Shown one piece after another: positions 1-10,854 of a stretch of 64,000 nt of DNA. The first letter of the stretch is position 1. Each line of letters opens with the position of its first letter. This stretch comes from Octopus sinensis (lineage: Eukaryota). Location of the stretch: NCBI RefSeq assembly GCF_006345805.1, contig NC_043001.1:127658001-127722000 (forward strand), given 5' to 3'. Under the pieces are notes generated by a model. That model saw nothing but the letters and a program-made list of their open reading frames with translations. It was not told the origin of the DNA and did no database searches. The position numbers and the translations under genes are program-made.

Positions 1-438
1 TGGGAGCTTTACTTTTGTGATCCGTTGTAGCAATTCGCGTAAGAGTCCAACGGTCCCTACCTGAAAGTTTTCATTTTCTTCCAGAGTTTTGTTTCGACAA
101 AGAAGTTTTTCCTTCTTTCTCAAAGGCTGTCATTACTCTCAAGACAGTACTTCTTGATACACCAAACATTTCAGCTGTTTTCATTATGCTAGCACCCGCC
201 ATACAAGCACCAACAATCTGACCTCTTTGAAAGTCTGATAGATCTGTCATTTTAATGAATTTTAATTACCTTTCTCTGATGATATCTGAAAAGAAACAGC
301 AATTTTAGCAAAACATATTAAGCAACACTAATAATAAATCAAAAAACATAAAAATAAACAAGCTTTTGATGATTTTATAGATATTTCAAAATTCTGATGC
401 TATGATGCTAGGTGTTTCCATTATTTCATCCAAGCCCT
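1..438 (-). mobile_element. Tc1-type DNA transposon, 5' end (truncated by the window edge)
   Basis: Closely similar to 36300-36737, including the terminal repeat GGTGTTTCCATTATTTCATCC. Confidence 0.88.
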
Positions 439-674
439 ATATATACATCTATAGGCATGGCTGTGTGGTTATGACATTCATTTCAGAACCATGTGGTTTC
501 AAGTTCAGTCCTGTTGTGTGGAACCTTGGGCAAGTGTCTTCTATAAAACTTTGGTCTGACTAATGCCTTAAAAAGAAGACAATTAAGGGTTGATAAGAAA
601 AGTGTCCAGCCTTTGCCAAACCCATGCCAACATGGAAAGCACGAAACATAAAACAATAATAAGGATACTATTTC

Positions 675-779
<105 letters not shown>

Positions 780-1201
780 TTATGAATTTGTTTTGCAAGA
801 TTCTTGATGTGAAATCATGTGTTGAAACAGATATTGTTATATTTCAAGATGGTCGTTTTTTATTTATTTATTTTTTTGCTTGCCAAATAAACACATGCAC
901 TATATATTCAATTTTCACCCATTTATTATTGGTCTCATTTTATCTTATGTCCACTGTCTAGAAATCATCACACACCTGTGACCTCTAGAAAGACAGAATG
1001 GACTAAACAGAACGGGAGGAGACATGTGGGATGCAAGAGTCACTGAACAGGTCACAGGTGTGCGACGAAAGATTTCCAGGCAGTGGCCATAAGAAAAATA
1101 AGAAAAATAATAAATGAGTGAAGAATGAATATATTGTGTATGTATTTATTTGACAAGAAAATATATTCTTTTAATTTTAAAAATGAGCACGCCGAAATAT
1201 A

Positions 1202-1204
<3 letters not shown>

Positions 1205-1248
<44 letters not shown>

Positions 1249-1518
1249 TGGTGTGTGTGTGTGTGGTGTGTGTGTGTGTGTGTGGTGTGTGTGGTGTGTG
1301 TGTGTATGGTGTGTGTGTGTGTGGTGTGTGTGTGATGAGTGTGTGATGTGTGTGTGTGTGGTGTGTGCGTGATGTGTGTGTGTGGTGTGTGTGTGTGTGT
1401 GTGGTGTATGTGTGTGATGTGTGTGGTGTGTGTGTGTGTGTGGTGTGTGTATGTGTGTGTGGTGTGTGTGTGTGTGTGTGTGTGTGGTGTGGTGTGTGTG
1501 TGTGTGTGTGTGTGTGTG
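1205..1518. repeat. Compound (TG)n/(TGG) microsatellite
   Basis: Directly visible. Source of the His/Thr- and Cys/Val-rich ORFs. Confidence 0.97.
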
Positions 1519-1586
1519 TCAAATAAAATGAGGCAACAAAGCAAAGGTTGTGTGGAATTTTCAGGACATTTATATAGAGATAGTTA

Positions 1587-1634
1587 GTCTTATAGTTGTA
1601 TCTGGGATATTAGGGATATCCCTTCATCAGAAAC
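1587..1634 (-). ncRNA. Degenerate minimal hammerhead ribozyme motif
   Basis: Minus strand reads GTTT-CTGATGA-A-GGGATAT(CCCTA)ATATCCC-AGATACAACTATA-AGAC. The first core box and stem II are intact; the GAAA box and stem III are mutated. Confidence 0.55.
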
Positions 1635-1764
1635 GATGCGAGGTGGTTAAATGGATAGAAATGTGAGAGTTCAACATAAGGAATTATATTGGAAAAGGAA
1701 GCAAATAAGGAGTATATAGGGAAATAGGAGAATGAATGTAAAAATAAAAATATATAAAGATTAG

Positions 1765-2844
1765 TTTTTGTGTGTGGCAGATGCACAGAAGTAATAAACA
1801 CTGAAGATGTACAGAAAATAGGTTCCATCACACCGGGGGATAAAACTAGAAGTAGTTAAAAGCTTTCGCTACCTAGGCAACCAAGTCTGTAGTGGGGGGG
1901 AGGGGTTGCTCTGAGAGTGTAGCAGATAGAATAAGAATAGCTAGCGCAAAGTTCAGGGAGCTCCTACCTCTGCTGGCAACTAAGAGCCTCTCGCTCAGGA
2001 TGAAAAGTAGACTGTATGATGCATGTGTGCAAACTGCCATGCTACACGGCAGTGAAACATGGGCCATGACTGCTGAGTACATGCTTAGGCTTGAAAGAAA
2101 TGAAGCTAGTATGATCTGCTGGATGTGTAATGTCAGTGTGTATACACGACAGAGTGTAAGTGCTTTCAGAGAAAAATTGGGCATAAGAAGCATCAAATGT
2201 GGTGTACAGGAGAGATTGTGCTGGCATGGTCATGTGTTGAGGACAGCTGTGTGAGGAAGTGCCATTCCCTACCTGTGGAAGAGGTAGACCCAGGAAGACA
2301 TGGGATGAGCCAGTGAAGCATGACCTTCGAAAATTGGGCCTCATAGAGGCAATGACAGGAGACCAAGACCTTTGGAGATATGCTGTGCTTGAGAAGACCC
2401 AGCAACTAAAGTGAGATCACAGCCATAGCTGACGGAATGTTGCATGTCCAGCCCAGTTAAGAGTGCCCTTGATGTGCCAGGCGATATGATATGCTTGAGA
2501 AGACTTGTTGAGTCAAGTAAAACCAATATTGTAGCTGTGGCCAGTGCTCACTGATTGGCTCTCGTGCCGGTGGCACATAAAAAGCACCATCCGAATGTGG
2601 CCAATACCAGTACCCACTGACTGGCCCCAGTAACGGTGGCATGTAAAAAGCACAATATGAATGTGATCAATGCCAGGCCTGCCTGACTGGCTCCTGTACT
2701 AATGCTGTGCATTAAGAAGGGCATCCAGCTGTAGAAACCTTGTAGAAAGATTGGAGCCTGGTGCAGCCGCTGGCTCTCCAGACCTCAGTCAAACCATCCA
2801 ACCCATGCCTGCATGGAAAACGGACATTAAACAATGATGATGAT
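1765..2844 (+). mobile_element. RTE-clade LINE, 5'-truncated: ORF2 C-terminus, 3'UTR and (GAT)n tail
   Basis: RIRIASAKFRELLPLL...LHGSETW...W.GHV.R is typical of the RTE C-terminus. The 3'UTR is shared with many short copies in the window. Confidence 0.9.
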
Positions 2845-2944
2845 AGTTGCAGTTCCATTATCCAAACAAAAGTGGTGTGTAGAAGTGGTAGAAATATAAG
2901 AGAGAGAGAGAGAGGAGTAAAGACCCCCCCCCCCTTTGGTTACA

Positions 2945-3230
2945 AATGACCATAGGATTGCACCTATAAAGTTCCCCTCCTAGGCTCAGGTCCAGGGAAG
3001 GTTGTTTGTGGAAGACCAGCAGTTACCTATGCATACCAGCCTCCCCTCTCCACGCCACTGATGTTATCCAAGGGAAAGACCGATACAGCTTAGCACCAGT
3101 GAAGTCGCAACTCATTTCTACAGATGAGTGAACTGGAGCAACGTGAAATAAAGTGTCTTGCTCAAGAACACAACACAAAGCCTGATCCAGGAATCAGAAG
3201 CTCAACACTAACCACTGAGCCATGCGCTTT
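2945..3230 (-). mobile_element. tRNA-headed SINE family with a CORE-like TTGAGCAAGACACTT block (other copies about 31431-31700 +, 55713-55985 -, 3380-3550 partial)
   Basis: Dispersed similar copies within the window. The + copy at 31431 has a tRNA-like head (TGGCTTAGTGG...TTCAATTCC). Confidence 0.7.
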
Positions 3231-3724
3231 CACACACACACACACATATATATATTGTAATATTATGGTACCAATCAGGCAGACGTTACACACCGCTGGT
3301 CAAAATGCATTTCCTCATATTGTTGTAGCTTTCAGACAATGCCACCATACTGGCTAAGTAGGCAGATCAATATTTCTCCAGAACAGAACACTCGTCCTAA
3401 ACAGGGTTACCCATTTACAGCCACATGGACTGGAGCAATGTGAAATGAATGTTTTTGCTCAAGAACACAATGTGCTATCAGTCTGGAAATTAAAAGCATG
3501 ATCTTGTGATTCTGAGTGCAACATCCTAATCATTGGACCACAGGCCTTCACATATATTGGTAAAATGACCAGAAGTACTCAATACAAATGTGAAGTGTGG
3601 TAATTAATTTAAACCAAAGCAATGACACAGTTCTATATTTAAGAGATGAGGAATTATGTATATCATTTACGTTGTTTACATTATTTACATTTGTCAGATA
3701 TTTGTCCTCATCTTGTTTGTTGTT

Positions 3725-3770
3725 AACACAACGTTTCGGCTGATATACCCTCCAGCCTTCATCAGGTGTC
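3725..3770 (-). ncRNA. Minimal type I hammerhead ribozyme, core intact
   Basis: GACAC-CTGATGA-A-GGCTG(GAGGGTATAT)CAGCC-GAAACGTT-GTGTT. Stem I GACAC/GTGTT, stem II GGCTG/CAGCC, palindromic ACGT stem III, predicted GUU cleavage site. Confidence 0.8.
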
Positions 3771-3885
3771 TTGGGGAAATTTCAAACCTGGGGTCTCATT
3801 CCTAAGGTATTTTGGGGCATATGGCATAGTGGTTAACAGTGCAGGCTACTAATCCCAAGATTTCAAGTTCGATTCCAGGAAGTGA

Positions 3886-3929
<44 letters not shown>

Positions 3930-3976
3930 TCAAAAAATACCTTAGGAATGAGAACCCAGGTTCGAAATTTCTCCAA

Positions 3977-4022
3977 GACACCTGATGAAGGCTGGAGGGT
4001 ATATCAGCCAAAACATTGTGTT
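3977..4022 (+). ncRNA. Mutated copy of the same hammerhead
   Basis: Same sequence as 3725-3770 except GAAACGTT is changed to AAAACATT (two CpG-type transitions). Confidence 0.7.
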
Positions 4023-4252
4023 AACAACAAACAAGATGAGGACAAATATCTGTCAAATGTAAATAATGTACAAAGCAATGACCTGTTACACTGCAGTTTC
4101 CAAGGTGTGTAATCACTTCTTCAGGTAAGTCTGAGGAAGTTACTGCATGCTGTGGAAACTGGACAGTCACTAGACCAGCCTAAATAAACTATATATGTAT
4201 GTGTGTGTGTATATAGAATATAAATGAGTAACAAAGATGTACAGGTGTTAAT

Positions 4253-4336
4253 TCATTACAGCTGTTTCAAGTGGCTCCTTTAATTGATTAATGAAAACAT
4301 TACATCAATTTGAAAGAAACTGTTCTCGTCAGACGA
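4253..4336 (-). ncRNA. Hammerhead-like motif with long stem II insert (degenerate)
   Basis: Minus strand TCGT-CTGACGA...GAAACAGCTGTA-ATGA. Both core boxes and the palindromic ACAGCTGT stem III are present; stem II pairs poorly. Confidence 0.5.
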
Positions 4337-4462
4337 CTGCATAGACTTCAAAACATAAGGATATAGCCACTTTTTTCAATATATTTACATTAGCAATGGA
4401 ACTCAAAATATTTACATTGTTTTTGTCATATCTGTAGTAGAATGGATTCAATTAAATCTTAA

Positions 4463-4683
4463 CCCTTTAGCATTTAAACTAGCCATATCCAGCCAAAAGT
4501 ATTCTACCTGTTTTATGTTCAAACTGGCCATATCTGGTCTCTCACACCAACCCTACAATATCGTTTTAAAAATTAACAGCTACCTCATCAAAATCTCATA
4601 ACTACAAGATAATGCATGATTAATTCAAAACAATGTGGATAAAAAAGCATTAGTTTTGGCAGAATAATGTGAACACTAAAGGG
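4463..4683. mobile_element. piggyBac-type MITE (second copy 54367-54584)
   Basis: TTAA|CCCTTTAG...CTAAAGGG|TTAA, i.e. TTAA TSD with CCC termini. Similar copy in BBS2 intron 7. Confidence 0.85.
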
Positions 4684-5474
4684 TTAATTATATATATATG
4701 TGTATATAAATGTTGAATGATGAAAATGAGTGCTCAACACCGCATTGATGGATATAATTTCTTTATTTGTGAATTAAGGCTACCGTTGGTTTCATGTCAA
4801 GAAAAGTAGGAAAATATCCTAGTGTCTTAATTTTTCAAGCCAATCACATGGGGAAAGGTGTTGATGTGTGCATGCATGTGTGTGTGAGAAATTTATGAAG
4901 AAATCCACTACCTGCCCCAAAATTAACACGAGCAGAAGTATATTATTTCATTGTGTTAAACTGTGTGCTAAACAAATTCTTCAAGCTACTTTGACCATGT
5001 TGCATTTCGTTACGCTGCATCAGAAAGTTCCATCTACCATTAACTTTGGTAAGCCACTCCTTTCACATCTTGTGTCTCTTCTAACATCAGTGTAGCTAAG
5101 TGATCTTTGCTCTCTGTTAGGGTGCAGAAGCCAACTTTCCATTGAGCAACCACAGCAGAGATAAATAAGCAGAATCGATTCGTAAATCTCCTCTTTGGTC
5201 TTATGACCATGTCAAGAGTTGCTTTGCACCTTCATAAGAAACCCAGTGTACATACCATCAAGGAAATCTTAAAACTCTTTATTCATAATCACAGTTTCAG
5301 TTCCTTAGGGAAAACTACTCTCTACATACACTCTAAAAAGATCAGCAATGTTGACTTTGAAATAGAAAAATTTGTGTATGTATTTATATTACCTTTGTGA
5401 TAACATTATTGCACTCCTGTTCCTTTGTCATATCTGAATATGTTTCAGCTTTGTAATATAGTTATATCATTAAA

Positions 5475-5867
5475 CTAGCAGTATCGCCCGGCGTTGCTCA
5501 GGTTTGTAAGGGAAATAACTATATAAGCATTTTTAGAGATGTAAAGTATAACAGCCATCTCAATATGGCTAACCACAAACGGAGGTGTTACTGTAGCTTT
5601 TTACGTTCTGATACTTAATAATACATTTTTAGAGAGTTACTTCCCTTATATAATAGCAAAAAAAATGCATTAAAAATGGGAAAAAATGATGGTAAATTTT
5701 TTTTTAAATCGTAGACTCATCGTAGACGTGCGCTAATACCCAGAAGGGCTCGATATGAATCACGACTATAAGACACCCGCTTTTGGTTACACTGCACCGC
5801 AAAATGTGGGAGTAAGGAATCTAAATCGTCGGAGACAGACACACAACTTCACTTTTATATATAAAGA
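5475..5867 (-). mobile_element. Non-autonomous Helitron
   Basis: 5' TCTTTATATATAAAAG; 3' CCCGAGCAACGCCGGG-type hairpin then CTGCTAG; inserted between A and T with no TSD. Confidence 0.85.
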
Positions 5868-6359
5868 TATACTTCCACCTAATGTACACAATGTTATAAT
5901 ATTTATTTCTATATTGTATCTATAATACTTATGTGTGTTTACTGCCGTTTGACATACATTAATTGCAATTATTGTCTTTAATTCTTTTGTTTTGAGAAAG
6001 CAGTTAGATGGAGGGGTGGGAGCCAGAACCAGGACAGGAAGAAACTTCTTGTTATGTCGGTGGTACATAATGATAATAAGCTGAACATGCACAAATATGT
6101 TTGCGTGTGTTTGTGTAGATATCTTCATACTCAGGCAAATTGCTAGTGAACGTCTGTCTATAACAGGAACATGAAGGTCTGTGAGTAAAAGAGAGGGAAA
6201 TGAATGAGTGCATGTCACGGATTTTTGTCAGCGAACAGGTCGCGGTCTTAAAGCGACGAAAATATTTTGACTAATTAAACTTAAATGTTGAAGTGAATCG
6301 AATGGCTTTTGTGTGTTTCTTAAATGGCTTACAGACACCTTCCACGCTGCAATTGTGTG

Positions 6360-6393
<34 letters not shown>

Positions 6394-6413
6394 GGAGTGA
6401 GATAGAAGATTTA

Positions 6414-6611
6414 AGGAGTGGCTGTGTGGTAAGTAGCTTGCTAACCAACCACATGGTTCCGGGTTCAGTCCCACTGCGTGGCATCTTGGGTAAGTGTCTT
6501 CTGCTATAGCCCCGGGCCGACCAATGCCTTGTGAGTGGATTTGGTAGACGGAAACTGAAAGAAGCCTGTCGTATATATGTATATATATGTATATATACAT
6601 ATATGTGTGTG

Positions 6612-6654
<43 letters not shown>

Positions 6655-6864
6655 TATGTGTGTGTGTTTGTCCCCCTAGCATTGCTTGACAACCGATGCT
6701 GGTGTGTTTACGTCCCCATCACTTAGCAGTTCGGCAAAAGAGACCGATAGAATAAGTACCAGGCTTACAAAGAATAAGTCCCGGGGTCGATTTGCTCGAC
6801 TAAAGGCGGTGCTCCAGCATGGCCGCAGTCAAATGACTGAAACAAGTAAAAGAGTAAAAGAGTA
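6414..6864 (+). mobile_element. Abundant tRNA-headed CORE-like SINE (family B). Other copies: 32597-33022 -, 38378-38773 +, 39494-39892 -, 46682-47080 +, 48274-48682 -, 56347-56550 -, 62170-62546 +, plus older copies near 15700, 25250, 30655, 31255, 43325
   Basis: Many near-identical copies with a tRNA-like head, a (A/T)CTTGGGCAAGT CORE-like block, an internal (TA)/(TG) tract and an (AAAAGAGT)n tail. It may correspond to the octopus OR2 CORE-SINE (inference). Confidence 0.88.
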
Positions 6865-7227
6865 TGCAAAAATATTTAGACAAATGTTTTAAGTCATGTC
6901 ACTCTCACACACATAAATATCACATGTGTCCATGTAAAAGGACCTATTTGGAGGAAGTCCTCTATTCAAATACTTGTAGTATGCACATATGTTTGAGTAA
7001 GTTTATATTCTAAATTATATATATATATATATATATATGCACCAATCAAAGTTTCTCTTTTCCAGAGGTCCGGAAACTTGATAGTCCAAGTAGTAACAGA
7101 AGCAGATTCAAAATTAAATAAATGTCGTTTTGGTTTACCTAACAGAATTGAATGCTTTTTTTTTTTTTACATACATACAGAAAGGTGCCTGTCAAGTGTG
7201 TGTGCTGTGTGTGTATGTGTATATGCA

Positions 7228-7835
7228 TGAGGGGATGCTGAAAGGTTCCTGACTTTAAGAGTGTTGCAAAAGGCTTAGTTAGAGGCCCAATCTTCCTAGT
7301 TCTTTTACAGAGCTTCGAAAATTTGAAGGACTGCTGCAATAAGTGTTTGAATCTAAAAAGGGAATATCTTTATATATAAAAGTCAAGTTGTGTGTCTGTC
7401 TCCTACGATTTAGATTCCTAACTACTCCCACATTTTGCGGTGCAGTGTAACCAAAACCGGGTATCTTATAGTCGTGATTCATATCGAGCCCTTCTGGGTA
7501 TTAGCGCGCGTCTACGATGAGTCTACGATTTTAAAAATAATTTACCATCATTTTATTCCATTTTTTCACTATTATATAAGGGAAGTAACTCTCTAAAAAT
7601 GTCTACGATGAGTCAACGATTTAAAAAAAAATTTGCCATCATTTTTTTTTCCCATTTTTAATGCATTTATTTTGCTATTTTTTGGTTATAACTCTCTAAA
7701 AATGCTTATATAGTTATTTCCCTTACAAACCCGAGCAACGCCGGGCGATACTGCTAGTGTTGACTAAAATCATAATTGACTGATCCTCCTGTATTTTCTT
7801 TTACCCAAAGCCAGGAACTTTTCAGCACCCCCTTG
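7228..7835. mobile_element. mariner-type MITE interrupted by a Helitron (uninterrupted copy 62561-62778, partial copy 56895-57050)
   Basis: TIR of the form (TA)CAAGGGGGTGCTGAAAAGTTCCTGGC. Body matches 62561-62778, which is TA-flanked. Confidence 0.85.
7367..7757 (+). mobile_element. Non-autonomous Helitron nested in the MITE
   Basis: GGGAATA|TC...CTAG|TGTTGAC. The empty site GGAATA|TGTTGA is seen at 62700/62701 and 56998/56999. Confidence 0.92.
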
Positions 7836-7844
7836 TGATGGAAT

Positions 7845-9865
7845 CTATTTTCTGTACATCTTCAGTGTTTATTGCCCCTGCGCATCTGCCACACACAAAA
7901 ACTATTTTCCTGGTTAATCTTCCTTTAATATTGCTGCACCTTTTGTGTCCATAACTTACACTGGGTACATCAGATCAGAGTTTCTTCCCACGCCTTTTCT
8001 ACAGATCGAGCTGGGCCATCTACCTGAAGGGGATTGTGATTTGACACACTTCCTACTTACTAAGATTTTAGTTTTTGCTAGGTTAACTCTAAGGCCCTTC
8101 AATTCTAGACCCACCCTAAACATCGTCTAGTTCTGGCAGTGACTCGGCTATTAGGGCAAGGTCATCAGCATAGAGGAGCTCCCAGGGATAGCCTATTTTG
8201 AATTTCTCTGTTAGGAGGACTATAATGAATAAGAGGGAGCTAAGGACTGATCCTTGGTGAACCGCTACTTCTCGGAATTCTTCACTCTACTTATTGCCAA
8301 ACCTCACCTTACTGACAGCATACCTGTACAGCTCTTACCAACCACTCATTTATCCCCAGTTTCCGCATTGACCACCAGGTAATGGATCGAGGGACTCTGT
8401 CAAAGGCTTTCTCCAAGTCAACAAAAACCAAGTACAGAGGTTTATCTTTGGTTAGATATTTATCCTGCAGTTGCCTTACCAGAAATATAGCACCAGTGGT
8501 GCTTCTGCCTGGCACAAAACCAAATTGCATCTCATCTAGGTTAACTCTCTCCCGAATTAGTTGGGTTATGACCCTCTCTGTAATTTTCATCACCTGATCT
8601 AATAATTTGATACCCCTATAGTTATTTCTATCTAAAGCATCACCTTTCCCCTTGTAGCAGTTGACTATGGTGCTGCTACACCAGTCATTGGGTATGACTC
8701 CTTCATGAACTGCCCGATTTACTATGCAGGTGACAAGACAATAACCCATACCGCCCAATATTTTAAGCACCTCTGCAGTGATTCCTGATGGGCTGGGTGC
8801 TTTCCCTGTCTTCATATCCTTAATTGCTTTATCTACCAGGGTAGTCGATTTGGGTAGCTGGTCCATCAATTGGGTCAACCTTTGGCAGACTCTCCTCCTC
8901 CCATTCATTCTCCACATTCAGCAGTCTTTCATAATGGCATCTCCAAGCGTCTTTCTTTGCAAAATCATTAAACGCAAGGGCACCATCATCCATGCGGACA
9001 CATTTGTCTCCAATGAGATCACAGTTTTCTCTCACACATTGTCTTGCAATATGAAATACCTCAGTTCGTTGGTCCTCACATCGCTGAACATTGGCAAACT
9101 TCTTTTTCTGCTACTCTCTTGGCTATATACACCTGTCTCCTAGCTTCCCTTTTGGCTATCTGATACATTCTCCTGCTACCCCCACTCTTCCAGGCCTTCC
9201 AAACCTGTTTCTTTGCTCTAATGGCCCTGTCTACAGTATTGTTCTACCACCATGTTACCCTAGGTCTGGAAGGGACTTTGCACCAGCCACAAATTTGGTC
9301 TGTGACACTCAGCAAGCTGTCTCACAGGAATTACCAGCTGCCTTGTATGTCACAGGCCTGTAGCTCCTCTTCCCTATCATCAAATTTCTCGGTAAGGTTA
9401 TCCCCAAATCTCTCACCATGTGAAGGGTTCTTAAGCTTTCAAGTCCTTCTTTTCCAGATTGGTCTGCTTTTTGGCATCCTTCTGGCCTCAATTCTAAAGT
9501 CACTAATAACTAATCTATGCTGGGGGGTACATTCTTCACCAGGGAAGGTCTTTGTATTTAAGAGCAACCATGCTCATTTGGTAGGCCCGCTTGTGGGGCA
9601 TAGGCCGAGATAATTGTAGCTATACCATTCTGCAAGACTAGCCTGAGTTTAAGTACTCTATCACACATCCTCATTACCTCCATGACCTTATCCACCCATT
9701 TCTCTGCAAAAAGTATGCCCACACCCACTATTCCATCACTATTACCTTCCCAGGAGAGTTTATACCTATGTGCTTTGCCTGTGAGGACTCTTCTCCACCT
9801 TACCTCTTGTATGCAACATACATCAACACGATGAATGGTCACAGCCACAATGCCTTTAATCACAG
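7845..9865 (-). mobile_element. Decayed RTE-clade LINE ORF: AP endonuclease, RT and PHD-like finger
   Basis: EN motifs CIQEVRW and IISAYAPQ (9558-9863). RT motifs NYRGIKLL, QFGF, FVDLEKAFD, HQGSVLS and YADD (about 8161-8172). Multiple frameshifts. Confidence 0.93.
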
Positions 9866-10813
9866 GTCAGCTGAATCAGAGTAGACCAGGGCTAAATAAA
9901 CCTAAAAGACTTATTCAAATGATGGCAGCTAAATGAGGTGCAAATCTCAACAGATTTTACCTCAATATTAAGTTTGGATAAGACAGTAAACTGGCAGAAT
10001 CATTAGCACGGCGGATGAAATGCTTAGCAGTATTCCGTCTGCCATTACGTTCTGAGTTCAAATTCCGCCGAGGTCCACTTTGCCTTTCATCCTTTCGGGG
10101 TCGATAAATTAAGTACCAGTTATGCACTGGGGTCGATGTAATCGACTTAATATCCCTTTGTCTGTCCTTGTTTGTCCCCTCTATGTTCAGCCCCTTGTGG
10201 GCAATAAAGAAATAAGAATTATTAGCACACAGGATGCTTAGTGGCATTTCGTCATTCTTTATATTCCGAGTTCAAATTCCACCAAATGTGAACTGAAGCC
10301 AATGTAATTGACCTCCCCCACCTCCCCCGAACTTGCTAGCTTTGTGTCAAAATTTGAAATCACAAGTTTGGAAACAACTATTCATTGTGCTAAACAGCAT
10401 AAATGATTGAACCTCAAACTGGTCAACAGGCTTCCGTTGAGGGTAGTGTAGTCATGCAAGCATGCATAAATGAATAGCTGTATTTCAGATATACTTTATA
10501 TTTGTGCATGTGCTTGAAGGTATTTTTATATCATCATCATTTAACACCCATTTCTCCATGCTTGCATGGGTTGAATGGAATTTGTTGAGGCGGATTTACT
10601 AAAGTCAGATGCCATCCTTGTCACCAATCCTCATCTGTTTTTATGTAAAGTAATATTCCCCATGTTTTCACTGAAGATTGGAAACGGAGAACACCGTTTG
10701 ATTGCTGGTGACATTTGTTTACAACTATCACATGATACCAAGGCAAAGAGACAAGACAGACAGACAGACAGACAGATAGACAGATAGATAGATAGACGGA
10801 CAGACAGACAGAC

Positions 10814-10854
<41 letters not shown>

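Larger units (their letters stand above)
3627..4070 (+). mobile_element. Non-autonomous retroelement: inverted 138-bp arms, tRNA-like Pol III head and (AAT)n, with 12-bp TSD
   Basis: Arms 3676-3813 and 3933-4070 are reverse complements. Head 3814-3889 has an A box (TGGCATAGTGG) and B box (GTTCGATTCC). CAAAGCAATGAC is duplicated at 3615-3626 and 4071-4082. Confidence 0.85.

Noticed and set aside
1052-1587. Long His/Thr- and Cys/Val-rich ORFs (also near 47483-47832 and 50131-50452)
   Set aside because: They are translations of (TG)n/(CA)n microsatellites and carry no coding signal.
3814-3889. tRNA gene (also the heads at 61315, 31431 and in family A and B)
   Set aside because: A and B boxes are present, but the acceptor stem does not pair properly and the sequence runs into a repeat body. 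These are SINE heads.
5040-5400. Possible exon of another gene
   Set aside because: The splice-flanked frames I tested on both strands hit stops or gave no recognisable peptide.
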